Notes: generated by a model not told the origin, from the sequence alone. DNA of 64,000 bases from Chara braunii (GCA_003427395.1 BFEA01000016.1:552867-616866), one strand, 5' to 3'; shown: positions 1 through 12,588, numbered from the stretch's first letter. Numbers and translations: made by a program.

Positions 1-2920
1 GGGTAAGGGCAGTCCAGTTGTGCGTATTCTATCTATTATTTAGGCAGATCAGATACACTCTTCTATTCAGGTGAGTCTGATCGTATGCCATAGGTGAGGG
101 GGTTTATTAAAGGGAAAGAACTGAATNATCTAANGAACTACTTGGGCAAATTGANGTGNGATTGTNAGAGATGCTTGTTTATGCATGCCTATGGGCTCTC
201 ACTTGGGGCGTCTTTTTGATAGGATAGTTGCTTTANATGCTCACCAAGTGNTAGAGCCNCAGGTAGGTCAGATGGATGATGGGAGGGGGAACTTGGGATG
301 AAGATAGGACTGACCCTCCTAAGAAGTAGGGTCAATGCTAACCCACAATCTCACCTGAGGTTGTGCGAACTGTNATTGATCCTGAGTNATCAAGCNNGTG
401 TCAGGAGTTNGTCCCAAGTGTAGCCTTGNTTGTNTTTTCATCTTTCANCTTCGTATAAATCTTGGCAGCCTCNTGCTCCTACGGGAAGCGCTACCGAAAT
501 TTCTACAAATCTGAAAGAGTTAGTCATTTTGAGCTTGTAGAAATTCTGAAAAGGCACTTTTCCTACGGGAAGCGCTGCCGAAATTTCGTAGAATTTGAGG
601 AGTTANAATGTTTTTCAGCCAGAAGTTACTTAACAGATCTATNCTGACTAGAGGAGATACTTAGTGAGTTGATACTAGTAGAGGAACTAGGATACGACTA
701 GGGGGAATGTTTTCCCCTTGGCACAGGCATAAGTAGTACTCGTTTTTTGGCGTGTACTGTGATGCAGGTTTCCGTGTTGTCGCTTGAAGGCTTGATCTGT
801 TCAGCCTTTTCCTTCGAAAGATCACTCTTCTGTTATCACTGATAACAGGTCGGTTGCCGAACCGTCGGTTTACGACTCAACCCCAATTCACCCTCAATAC
901 TCAACCTAAAGAGGCTTTAGCCCTGGTGTTTTTATTGTTTTGTTGAGGTTTCACCCGGACTTTTATTGAATGGNCATTTAACAGAGGTACTCAGTATTTA
1001 TTTATGGTCGGTTGGCTGGAGGTTAGGGCTTGCCTGGCTAAAGCAAGGGGTATGAGTGTGGAGGTTGGTTGGAGTTGACTNCGTGTAGTGCATGAATCTT
1101 TGNTTGACTCTCTGATGTGATTGCATGTACGTGTGAGAGAGTCTCGTTGGATTTATGTTGAGTGATACTGCTTGGATTCAGATGGGCAAACCACATAACT
1201 GTCNTGAGAGTGAACTACCCCACAACCCTTTGTTTGAGTGAGACTGTTTTATCCCCGTCCTGCTGAAGTTATAATCTAAGTAGGCGTACGCTCACAGAGC
1301 TAATCCCGNCAATGCCTCTTCTAGTGATATTAAGNGTGCTTGTTNTATCCTTGTTGGGATTTCTTTGGTGGAACGATAAAGCTCCGGGCGNAAGGGTTAG
1401 CGTGTCGCTGGTGGTGCGTCAGACAACTCACCACCGCTCCTAATTCCTTCCTGCCCTAGAGGTCGTCTTACCCCGCACCCTTTGGGACACCTAAGGGTGC
1501 AGAAGACGAAAATGCCCTCAGGCCTGTTGTGCGCTCGCCAAAGGGTTACCTCCCCTTAGCGCGCCCCTCAGCCAACGCCTGAGCGTCGGATGCAACCCCA
1601 TGACTCAAGATAGGCCATTTGGGTATGGGCACCGCATAATGCGCCGTCATCACAGATACTCACGTAGAGCTACATAATGAATTGGTGTGTGCGGGTACTG
1701 CGCCTGCGCAATCTTTATACTAAGTCCATGCGCGCAGCACTCGCCGATTCTCGCACTGAAAGTTATGGGTCAGGCGGCGAGACCAAAAGCGCGGTGTGGC
1801 CGATAGACTCAAGGGGGGGTCGGTATCGCGAAGCGACACTTGGGCGGAGGACTAGTCCCAGTCGGCCTATGGGAGTCCGTGTACGGGCCTCACTATCCCG
1901 GACATCGGATAGCCTACGGGTAGGACTTTGGGCCTCCTCCGCACACGTGTTGTTTGGGCTTGCCTACCCCTTTCATTCTAGGAGGCCACTAAACTAATGA
2001 GAGCTGAAGTGAGTTTTCGTTTTGAATTTTCATGGTTGGAAGTTATAGTCCATGGCAACCATCAAAGTCAAACCCCTTGATGCTTGACCGCCACGACAGC
2101 TTAAAAGTTGTCTACTCAACCCCTCTGCCCCGGGTGTAGAAGAGGGTGTGGTCTTCAACCGCACACGGCGGTTGTTTGGCGTCGAGAGGTTACCCCTGCA
2201 AAGCGTCTGTCAGCCGAACGCAACCCCTTAGATTATCAAGGGCCGCGAGGCTACGAGTACCACATAGTACCCCATCAGCGCGAACGATTGCGGGTGTCCG
2301 CATGGCTGGTTGAGATAAGAAGGCCACCCGTTTGCTCGACTTTTATATGGAAGTCCGGCGCGCGATACTTACCTGATTCTCGTCGCCTAAAGTTATGGGT
2401 CAGATACTGAAGGGACTAGGAGTTGTTGCGTCGTGGCGTTGTGTGTGGTGTTTGTTTGTGTGTGTTTTATGTGTTATAAGTGGTAGGTGTGAGTGTTGTG
2501 GTGTAACGCATGGTGTGTGTAGTGCATCCCAGTCGACCAGCGTCGAGTCGCGTTTGGGACTTCAGCCCCCCAGTACGGCGGCTCGCGTACGGGTTCGATT
2601 CTTGGGTGTTCGACCGCGCGTAACCCCCTATGCTACAACGAACGAGAAACGCCCTCGGCAAGGCCACCTTTGGAATTCCATACGAAAGCTTTCGCATGTG
2701 GTTCAGTAGCTCGGCAGGGATACGCCCACCTAAGGGATGGTGACAGCTCCCGCAGGTGGAGGTAGGCGGTGCCTCGCTTGACTCCGTCCTGTCGTAGGGG
2801 CTCGCGAGAGGTACGGCTGGCGCACTCGGCCGGAGCGGCAAACGCTCTCCGCGACTAGTCCTGCCAAATCTTGCGTGACGCGGCCGGGAGGGTCCCCGTG
2901 GGGGACCGATGCGCTCGACA
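1..2920 (+). mobile_element. Giant LTR copy A (3' part; start lies outside the window), apparently inserted into copy B
   Basis: 820-1130 matches 8045-8355 and 2030-2920 matches 9020-9991. Ends in the family terminus CCGATGCGCTCGACA, followed by CCGG. Confidence 0.8.
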
Positions 2921-2975
2921 CCGGGGATGTCCGGGTGGCCTTCGAAAAAATGCAAAGGGGGGCCACTACGGGTGA

Positions 2976-4034
2976 TTCCTTCGGGACACCCATTGAGGTT
3001 GAGGCTAAACAGAGAGGGCTCGTACGACCCCTATGTGGGGTGAGGCACGAAAGGCCTGGGGATGAACTCGGACGCGAGCCGGGTCAGGTGCACGCGCGAG
3101 AGCAAGGGGGAGGCCGAATGGCCGTCGGAAGACCTGCGGGGCATCGCCCCGGCCGAAGTCCTTCGGCACATCCGTTAAAATTGGAATAATACAGAGAGGA
3201 TTTGCAAGGCCCCCACGTGATGCTGACACGTATAAACCCCAAAGGAGGCGCCAGGTTCGTGTGCCGAAGTAGGGTGGGGTCGCATCCGTACGGAGTTGGG
3301 AAGTTGTGGGGCACTGCCCCGGCCTAAGTTCGTCGGGATGTCCGTTAAAACTGGCGTGATACGGAGGAGGTTCGCCCGACTACTGTGCCTAAGGATGGCA
3401 TGTGCCAAAGTCCGGGAGTAAAACCGGACGTGGGCCGGACTAAGGGCGTGCAAAAGGTGGCGAGAGGGGGTAAGCAGGCCGAGTGGCCTTTGGTGCCGTG
3501 GCAGGGAGGTTAGCTCATGGTCGCCGTGCAAGGGTGATATCCCAGGGGCCTGGAATGAACCCGGACGCGGGTTGCACCGGGTGTGTGTAAATAAGAAAGG
3601 GGACAGGTCCGAACAGTTGCTGGAGTTAAGGTGGTAGGTGCCTGAACCGGGGCCCGAAAGGAGGCCAGGTTCGTGCAGGGATAGCAGAACAGAAGGAGGA
3701 ATTACTGCGGGAGGAATCGTTCGGGGAAAGTTTGTTACGCCGGGAAGATTAGCACGGCCCCTGCGCAAGGATGGAGCATAAGGATTTGGAAAGAAGCCGG
3801 ACGCAGGTTGCACCGGGTACATACAGATAAACGGGGAGGCGGGGGGGGGGGGGCGATCAGATCATCCCGTGGTTGGGTCCTCCCGGCGGCTGCCCGTGGC
3901 GGTAGTGGAGAGGGGCCAGTCGGCACGAAGTCCTTCGAGACTTCTGTTAAAATTGGAACGATGCAGAGAAGATTAGCCTAGCTCCTACGACCAGGCAGGG
4001 CATATAAATCTTGAGGGTAGCTCAGGTTTCTTTT
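2976..4034 (+). pseudogene. U6: Tandem array of at least 5-6 degenerate U6 snRNA copies inside LTR B
   Basis: 3948-3977 TAAAATTGGAACGATgCAGAGAAGATTAGC and 3744-3773 GAAGATTAGCAcGGCCCCTGCGCAAGGATG each match the conserved U6 sequence (recalled) at 29/30. Further copies start near 2976, 3158, 3328 and 3490. Confidence 0.9.
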
Positions 4035-4789
4035 ATTGTTATTTTCTTTTCTCTATCGCGGTCGTTTTGTCGGAGACGAGAATCACCGGATCGGGCGCTG
4101 CCAGGCAACCTGTTGAGCGGCCGCAGGAAACTGAGGAAAGCGCTGGGCGGGGTGCCGTTGACGTCAACGGGGTCGAGCGAAGAACGAAGGGGTGAATTGG
4201 GATGGGAAGCTGCGGCAGGTGCACGCGGCGCAGCGGACTCGGAGGTGTCGGAGAGGCGAGGTCGGGGCGCAGTGAGGAGGGGGCTCTAGGCCAGGGCGAA
4301 CGTGACTATGAAGCCAGATTTGGAGAAAAGTCAGTAAAGCAGGGGAGTGAAATGATATTGAAAAAGGGGGAAAGGAATCAGTGAGATGCCGATGTACATA
4401 GCCGGTCACCGGTGGTAGGTTCTTTCGAGCTTGGTCGTCTTGCTGATCAAAAAGGGGGGGCGGTGAGGTGCTGCGAAGTGGGTGGTGTTCGCGGACCTAC
4501 CCTGCAGGATGGCGGGAGATCCGCCCTCGCTCTGTTTGTCGAACGAGAAGCAAGCGGGGGCAGAGCTGGGACGGACGAGCGGGCCTACCTACTAAGACGC
4601 GCCAGGCCCCGTGCTGGTAAAGGGATTCGACTTTGCCTCTGCATCTTGTCCGACCTGGGGATTTAGTCGGACCACGCTCATCCGACGACAGTGATAGCCA
4701 TGGTGATTGCGAAGGTATCGATCCACGTACCACTGATAAGATTGCTCCAGGTCTGAGGGGCGACGGGTTGAAGACGTAGGCTCGGAGTC

Positions 4790-4860
4790 AATGACCAAGC
4801 TTAGTTGGTTAAACGCTCGAGTCGTGTTCGGAAGGTCTTGGGTTCAACCCCCACGGCCCT
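4790..4860 (+). other. tRNA-derived segment with Pol III A/B-box-like motifs inside LTR B
   Basis: AGCTTAGTTGG (A box/D arm) and GGTCTTGGGTTCAACCCCCA (T arm/B box) at tRNA-like spacing. The acceptor stem is poor. Confidence 0.5.
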
Positions 4861-6054
4861 CTTGGGCATCAACAGGCTGTTTTCTAGCAAGGTGACAACA
4901 GGCCAGCTGCGTGAGCTGCCGATCGGACTGTTAGCCAATGAGCTGACTGTCCTTTCGGCCTGCGCGATTATGGACTGTGGGCTGCGGACAGGAGGCTATG
5001 GACTGCAGACTGCGCACTACTGTGGACTGCGGGCCACTGTGTACCGCTGCTGCTACTGCTGATCTACATCGTTGTGTGCTGTTGCAAGGGCGGCCGCTGG
5101 GCACGCAGTCTTGCTGCCTTATGTTACTGTGCACTATTGCTCGCTGTGTACTGACGCTGTGCTTGCGGACTAAGTGCGGGCAACGACTGTTGTAGACTGT
5201 TCGCGTTTACTGTTGACCGTCGCCGTGCACGGCTGCGGCCTACGGCTGGCTGGGCACAAGTTACACGGTTGCTGTGGACTGCGCCCGGACTGCTGATTGC
5301 GGGCGACTATGACTCCGGTTGTTGACCATCGCCGGATACAGCTGCTTCCTGCCGTTAGTGTTGCGTGTTCCTGCATACTACCATAGGAGGTGGCTGGTTG
5401 TTATGCGCTGCGGTGGATGGATGTAGGGGAGTGACCGGGCTGGAAGGGGGGGGGTTATTGCTGCAGATTGGGGGGTCATCAGGGGCGGGACATCAGCAGT
5501 TGATTCAGAATTGACCGAGCTGTCACATTGGCTACCACTTGTGGGGCCCTCAGGCGCTGAAGGATTGAAGACCCTCTCGAGCGAGTCTGAGTATATCTTC
5601 CCTGAATCTGAGAGTCTCAAACCTCCTCTCCCTGCCCTTCTTACTCTAAGTCTGGTCCTTTGGTTCTGAGAGGAAGGCGGCAGGCGGGCTTGTGACCCGT
5701 GAGCCGCGCCAAGGCCTTTGTGGGAGGTTCGCCCCACCGATTGCGGGAGCTCTGCCGGGACTCAGGAGGAGTCCTGGAGGCAGGGAACTGAGTGGTGATT
5801 CCCGGACTCCCTCTATAAACCCAGTTATAACCCCTACTTGTACACCGTTCTACGGTTGACTGAGCGTATGGTGTGAACCCTGTATTTGATTTTGGGTTGA
5901 CTTTCGGGACATAAGTCAGACTAAAGTAAACGAACGTGTATGCAACCTCAGTTTCAGCCTTGTTGATTGTCTAAAAGCAGATTGTGAACAAAGGGGGTGC
6001 ATCTGGAGGAAGGTTGGGAGGAAGGCAGTATTGTGTGCAGTTTGACTGGGTCGT

Positions 6055-7005
6055 TAAGGCTGGAAGGTCTCCATAAGTTTGGGGAAGCCCAGCGCTTTGT
6101 TTATTTTGGTTTTGTGTGGAACAATTATGCCGCTCTATAAGTTTAGGTAGCCTGAGTGCTCTGAAGGTTGGGGAGTCCCCATAAGTTTGGGGAGACCCGG
6201 TGCTGTGAATTGTGTGGAGGGTCGGGACGCTCTATAAGTTTAGGTGACCTGACTACTTTGACTTGTGAGGGTTTGATTGTGGATGATTTTCAGGGACTCA
6301 GGGCGCTCTATAAGTTTAGTTACCTTGGGTTGCCTTGTTTTACTTGGAGGTTCTTTCAGTTTCTTTGATTCTGAACGAGGAGGTCTGAACCGCTCTATAA
6401 GTTTAGGTGGTTCAACCCTTCTCCTGTTTGTTATGAGGGGGTAATTCTAGTAGGGGGCAGACCGCTCTATAAGTTGAGGTGGCCTGGCCTACTGCCTCAT
6501 ATGGACTGGATCAGAGAGAAATGAATCTGACAGAGGATCAGACCGCTCTATAAGTTTANTTAGTCTGACCCAATGCCTCGCACATGTTGGAACCCAATGA
6601 CTATAATTTGGTTATATTGTACTACTATATTACTGGATCATAATAGGCCAGTCAGACCGCTCTATAAGTTTAGGTAGCCTTGCTATAGCTTATCATAACT
6701 GAAGAGAGTATAATTAAGAGGCATAACTGAATGTAAGCCTGGGAAGGCTGAGCAATGTTCTAAGTTGAGCGACCCAGCCTTATGTCCACTTTAAGATTAA
6801 GTTCAGAGAAATATATACAACTTGGCTATTTAAACAATTCAGGGCGGCTAGAATGGTCTAGTCATATGCCTAAAGAAGAGATAAATAGTTGTGTCCTCTG
6901 TTTGGTGTATATTTGGCTAAGTCAGATGCGCTNTATAAGTTTAGGTGATCTGACTTTAGGCCTGGTTAAGTTGGGCGCGCTCTATAAGTTCAAGTGGCCT
7001 GACCT
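6055..7005 (+). repeat. Hairpin array I in LTR B: ~12 stem-loops with conserved loop GCTCTATAAGTTTAGGT and non-repetitive spacers
   Basis: Motif near 6070, 6131, 6177, 6228, 6304, 6391, 6463, 6544, 6658, 6929 and 6978, mostly flanked by its own inverted repeat (TGAACC/GGTTCA 6386-6414; AGTCAGAT/ATCTGACT 6920-6955). Confidence 0.9.
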
Positions 7006-7289
7006 ATGCCTTATGTAAGTTGGGTATAAATGGGTAACTCACAGAGGGAGCATGAACTATTGCTTGCTAAGAACTTGGGGTTGGTGAGAGTACTTACCTT
7101 TGTGGTTTGGCCTGCATGTGACTGAGTGGGATTACTACTTGGTCTGGGTTTCAGGTTGACAGGTAGTTGTTTTAGAGGCTCGCCACGTGCTAGAGCAATA
7201 GGAGTTAGTTCAATTCCTGCATTTTCTGAGCTGATTTTATTTTACTTAGATCGATTCTTGCATTTTCTGAGACCCTTGGTTATACTTGG

Positions 7290-7780
7290 GTTTGTATAAA
7301 TTTTGGCAAGCTACTTTCTCTATGGAAAGCGCTGCCGAAATTTCTACAGGTTCAAGGAGTTAGTCAAATTTTTACTTGTCAAAAGTTCAAATTGTCTTTT
7401 TTTTGTATCTGACTAGGCAAAATTGGACTTTGAGAAGTTAAGGTTAGTTCCAAATTCGGAACTTAGCCTTGTATAAATTTAGGGAAAGCACTTTTCTAGA
7501 GGGAGTGCTGCCGAAATTTTTCCAAAACTGAGGAGTTAGTAAGATTTTGTCTGGGTTGAACTCGAGTTGCCTTTTGAGTTCGAATCTGACTTAGTATAAA
7601 TCTGGGAAGTCTCCCTTTCTAAAGGGAGTGCTGCCCAAATTTCTACTAATTCGGGGAGTCAGACAAAACTTGACTTTCCAGAGTTACAGATTATTTTTAT
7701 TTTTCATATTCGAGCGTATATAACTTTTGAAAAGACACTTTTCCTACGGGAAGGACTGCCGAAATTTTCTTAGTTTAAAG
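7290..7780 (+). repeat. Hairpin array II in LTR B (about 4 long imperfect hairpins)
   Basis: Repeats of TTGTATAAAT..CACTTTTCCTACGGGAAGYGCTGCCGAAATTTCTACA. The same unit is at 450-600 in copy A. Confidence 0.85.
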
Positions 7781-8054
7781 AAGTTAGATTATATTTTGGC
7801 AGGTGGCGATTCTGGTGATCCACTCTGTATAGGGGGGATTATACCATGATCCACCCTTACTTTGGGCCCTGCTTAAAGGTAGGTTCAGGCTTAGTCAGTA
7901 AGAGGGATCTTGGATGAGAATGTGTTATGGAGTTGTATTCTCCATACACTTATGATTTCAGCTTGGTGGTTGGCCTGCCTTGTGTTACAGGTCATCTTGA
8001 CCGTTTGATTCAGGATTTTGACTAGTGTCAGCTTGATCTTACAAGGATCATCTT

Positions 8055-8073
8055 CTGTTATCACTGATAACAG
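8055..8073. other. Conserved palindrome CTGTTATCA-C-TGATAACAG in the LTR core
   Basis: Perfect 9-bp inverted repeat; also near 830, 13665, 20805 and 36449. Confidence 0.7.
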
Positions 8074-8393
8074 GTCGGTTGCCGATTCGTCGGTCTACGA
8101 CTCAATTCCAACTCACTCTCCATACCCAACCTAAAAGGCTTTAGCCCTGGTGACTTTATTGTTTGTTAAGAATTTCACCCGGACTTTTATTGAATGGCCA
8201 TTTGACAAAGGTACTGAGTATTTAATTATGGTTGGTTGAACAGGAGGTTGGGGTTTGCATGGCTAAAGCAAGGGGTATGAGTGCGGATATTGGTTTGGGT
8301 TGACCCCGTGTAGTGCGTGTTTTGTCGTTCGATTCTTGATGTGATTGCAGGTACGTCCTGTGGCTCGGATTTTGGATTTGGATTGCCTGCGAT

Positions 8394-8410
8394 CCCTTAT
8401 ATATACATAT
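8394..8410 (+). promoter_or_regulatory. Candidate LTR TATA box (CCCTTATATATA)
   Basis: C-run plus TATATA, typical of plant LTR promoters. Present at the orthologous site in C (~13290) and E (~36045). An alternative CTATAAA lies at ~5815. Confidence 0.4.
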
Positions 8411-10260
8411 GGTTGTGAGGAGTCCCACTGTGCCTGTGAGAAGTGATCGTCTCAACTCTATCTCCCTTATGCGTGTATGCTTGGGTGTACCTATGGTGGG
8501 TGTTCGCAATGCCTGAAGGGCCCCGCGTTAGAAGTCTGCTTAGAGGTTAAGACTGAGAGGCATAGGGAAAAACTTTCCTTTTGCTTGTTTGCTTCTTGGG
8601 GGGTTTCTTAGTCGGACGCTGGTCCTGGGTCGAGATTCAAGGTCCTTGTCCAGGACATCCCAAGCCCTAGACTCTGCAGGGGAGGAACTTCCCCTCGTAC
8701 AGAGCCTATCTGCATTGGTTGTTGAGACACCCAACCCTAAAGGCGGAAATGTCGTGAGGGCCGAACAGCGTGTCCCTCAGCCGTTCAATATCGTGAGCGG
8801 TGACCCCTCACGATATATTCCTTCACCCACTCAATATCGCGAGGCCGGAACTGCGATTACCACGTATGACCGACATCGTATGGTTGGTATGTGATTGACC
8901 TGCAGCCGCGCGACTTTATACTAGAATCGTACGTGCGACGCTCCCCACACTAGCGTCTAAAGGTTATGGGATCAAAAGGGGCGCACACATTGCACGAACG
9001 CTTGGGATTATTAGATTTTCGTGGTTGGACGTTGTAGTCCGTGGCAGCTGTCAAAGTCAAACCCCTTGACTTCCACCCAAACCTGGAGTAGGACTTAACC
9101 CCAGGGCCGCATGAAACGACTACCACCACAGGTATGGACCTGTGTACCACCCACTCTGCACAGAGTGCAGAAGAGGGTGTGTGGTCTTCAACCGCGCATG
9201 GCGGTTGTCCAGCGTCGAGAGATTAACCCTCAAGGCGCATGTTAACCGACACTTGAGTGTCGAAGGCGACCCTCCAGATTAACGAGGACCGCACGAGTAT
9301 AGGTACTACATAACACCCCATCATTGCAACTGCTTGCATACGTTTGCGTTGCTAGTCGATATGAGTAGGCCCTTCGTCCGCGCGGTTTTATACTAAGTCC
9401 CACGCGAGACGCCCAGCCGGATTCCGCATCGGAAAGTTATGGGTTGGCTACCGAGGGGCTAGGAGCGTTGTCGCGTTGTTTGTGTTGTGTCATTTTGCGT
9501 GTGTGTGTGTGTTCCATTTTTTTTTTGTTCGTAAAGTGGTGTGCGCGTGGGGGGGGGGGGGGGGGGATGCGTCCTAGTCGATCGACTACGGGCCACGCTT
9601 GGAACTTCAACCCCCAAGATGTCGGTTCGCGTGCGGGTCCGATAGGCGTGCTACCGCTCGTACTCCCTGTGCTACAGCGAACGAAAAACGCCCTCGGCTG
9701 GTCCACCTCTTCGATTGCAACTGATTAGCTATTGTACTGTGGACTGATAGCTCGGCGGGGATACGCCCACCGAAGGGAGGTGACAACTCTCGTAAGGTGG
9801 AGGTAAGATGTGCCTCGCGTAGGCCCTATCCTGTCGTAGGGGCTCGCGAGAGGTATGGCTGGCGCACTCGGTCGGAGCGGCCTAAGGAAGCTCCTCTTGT
9901 GTGTTCGTAACGAGGTTGGTCCAACTCCTGCGTGACGCGGCCGAGAGGGTCCCGCGTTGCCATGTGCGGTGCCGGACCGATGCGCTCAACAGCGGTGGTA
10001 TACAAGTTGCCATAAATTCTTGCCTTTGAAAAACACGTGGTAAAAAAAAAAATGTACAGATTATAAAGACTATATCACCAGCGGTCAAGTTTTTCGTGGG
10101 TATCTAGAAATCGTATTTTATTGTGAAAAATTAACAGTCTAAGTGAAATTGTCATAGCATGATAGAGACAAAAAACTGAAAGGATACGTGTGATATAAAA
10201 CCAAATTGATGTTATTGCCATAGCCTGCGGGCTTTGTTCTCTTCCAGAGCCTTTAACCCC

Positions 10261-11147
10261 TTAGGCTAAATTCTGGACTTTTATCAACTTTTGAGGTTCA
10301 AACTCTTTTTCATTCCCGTCTTCTTTTTCTTCCGGCTTTTCCGTTACTATTTGTTTTCCTTTCCCTCGTGTCTTTGACATATCCATTACCTTCTTAAGGA
10401 TTCTGACCTCCCGCGTGGCTGCCAATTGAGTCACCACTTCCTCCACTATTTTTTTAACGTCCGCCCCACCGCCAACTATGGTCTCTCTCGCTTTCCTTTT
10501 GTGCCTTTGCTGTCTCATTTGGAAGAGGTAAACTTAGTCTAATTCTCCAACTGCCATACTGTCCTTTATTGTTGCCTACATCAGCTTCTTCTCAACTGCT
10601 TTTTTGGTGGTCACGATTGCTGCCTCTGTCTGCGAGAAGTGTCTAAAAAACATGACACACTGATCTTCCTTTGACATACCTGACACTCTCCTCGCCATCT
10701 TTTAAAAGGCAGTGACAAAGGTTCCGGCCGTAGTGAAGTCAACGTGACTTAGGGCCTTACAAATTGGCCACCTTGAGCAACCCATCGCCCAAACTAAAAG
10801 CGTCTCTGCATATCGTCTTTGAAGTTGTCCCATCATCCCGCTGCATCTATTATAACGTTTTTCACTTCTGACTGCATCTCCCACAAGATACACCTTGGCA
10901 TTCGTAAAAACTTATCTGCCTCAGTAGCCTCAACCAACACTTGCTATAAAAGTTTTAACCACTGTGATACTCTTTCTCCCTTGAAGTGAAAGATATCGAC
11001 CTTCAGTAGTTGGGACCGTATCACGTCCGTTTTATCAAGTTCTTTCACAAACTCATCCGTCGATATGACCCGATTTGCAGAGCCTTCTCGCGACACCTGC
11101 GTTCCCCATTTTGACTGCCTTGTTTTTTTCTTGAAAACACAATCCAA
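10261..11147 (-). pseudogene. gag: Decayed Ty3/Gypsy gag-like ORF downstream of LTR D and its PBS
   Basis: Broken minus-strand ORFs (KVDIFHFKGERVSQWL...; basic/acidic C-terminal part) lying ~0.6 kb after a PBS; contains stops and frameshifts. Confidence 0.6.
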
Positions 11148-11707
11148 AATAACACATTATCATTCTTTTACACAATCTTGTCCTCGCTAACTCCTTTACT
11201 ATTTTTTACTATAACAGACATCATTCGAGACTTTGGTAATCGTCACTAAGATCATTCTACTGAAAGCCTATGACATCAATCCCTTTAGAGGAGGGGTCCT
11301 TGCACCTATATTAACGCATGCGCACCATGACACTTGTCATGACAACTTAGGTAGCTTAGTGACTGTGTTGAAGTACCAAAGATCCTTGTTCGGGTAACTG
11401 AACACGCAGAGTCGCAATACTGCAAATGACAATAAATCTAGGGCATTAGATACGCATAGCGTAGTCCGAATTACTTTCTGGTACCTCGATCCGCAAATTT
11501 CTAACTGCAGTTGTCAGTACTAGCCTACTAGGTGCCAAAGTACATAAACGTCCGATTGCGCATTACTATTCAATAGTGCAATCCCGTTAACACACCACAC
11601 ACCACTCACCTATTTAACACTATTAACAAAAATTGTCGATTCGTCAGGATCATCGGTCTGCTTCTAACCTAGGTTCGTTTACTAAGGACCCCGGTAGGTA
11701 TCCGAGA

Positions 11708-11725
11708 TCCCTAGCAACGACGCCA
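11708..11725 (-). promoter_or_regulatory. Primer-binding site, tRNA-Asp type (Athila-like)
   Basis: Minus strand reads ...CTCGACA-GG-TGGCGTCGTTGCTAGGGA, 15/18 to TGGCGCCGTTGCCGGGGA. All three differences are CpG-type transitions. Confidence 0.85.
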
Positions 11726-12588
11726 CCTGTCGAGGGCATTGCTCTCGCAAACGGACCCTCCCGGTCGTGTAACGCAAGATTTTGCATGACTTCGTCGTAG
11801 AGCGTTGCTGCTCCAGCCGAGTGCCGGAGCCATACGTTTCATGAACCCCTACGATAGGATAGAGTCACGCGAGGTACAACTTACCTCCACCCATGGGAAT
11901 TATCACCATCCCTTAGGTGAGTGTATCCTCGTCGGGCTACCAAACCATACAAAAGTTTTTTGTTTGCTATCGCAGAGGTGATCTTGTCGAGAACGTTTCT
12001 CGTTCGCTGTAGCATCGGGGGTACGTGCGGTTAACGTCCGAATCGGACCCGCTGTCAAGCGCATCGGTCCTACAGAGGGGACCCGTTGTCGGCCACGTCA
12101 CGCATAATTTTTCAAGACTTCATCGTAGAACGTTGCTGCTCCGATCGAGTGCGCTAACCATACCTCTCACAATCCCCTGCGATAAGATAGGGTCACGCGA
12201 GGTAAAACTTACCTCTACCCGTGGGAGTTGTCACCATTCCTTAGGTGGGCGTATCCTCATTATGCTACCGAACCACATGCGAAAGCTTTTCATATGCAAT
12301 TGCAGAGGTGGTCTGGCCGAGGGCGTTTCTTGTTCGCTGTAGTATAAGGGGTATGCATGGTCCTATGCCTCTATTAGACCAGTACGCGAATCGTCGCACT
12401 GGGGGCTGTGGTCCCACGAGCGACTCGATGTCGGTCGACTAGGATGCTTCCTTCTTACCACACGTTACACCACACCCCAAAAAAGTATCAAGTTACTCAC
12501 ACAAACACTGCTAATAATGGAAACAACATATGTTATGAAGAACAATAAAATGAACAAGAAAGTATCAAGTTACTCACACAAATCCGCT

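Larger units (their letters stand above)
2921..9991 (+). mobile_element. Giant LTR copy B (U6-carrying type; 5' end interrupted by copy A)
   Basis: Colinear with the reverse complement of C, D and E (e.g. 5570-5820 vs 15790-16060, 25460-25720, 38590-38860). Ends CCGATGCGCTCAACA, followed by GCGG. Confidence 0.8.

Noticed and set aside
2365-2375. ATACTTACCTG identical to the U1 snRNA 5' end
   Set aside because: Only 11 nt, no downstream U1 similarity, and not conserved at the orthologous sites.
3930-4034. Functional U6 gene
   Set aside because: The 3' half is degenerate and there is no recognisable USE/TATA promoter; no copy is intact in both halves.
6055-7005. CRISPR array (repeat-spacer look; also 14725, 24445, 37588)
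   Set aside because: Eukaryotic LTR context, no cas genes, irregular spacer length, and spacers that are orthologous between copies. The palindromy lies in the variable flanks rather than in the repeat.
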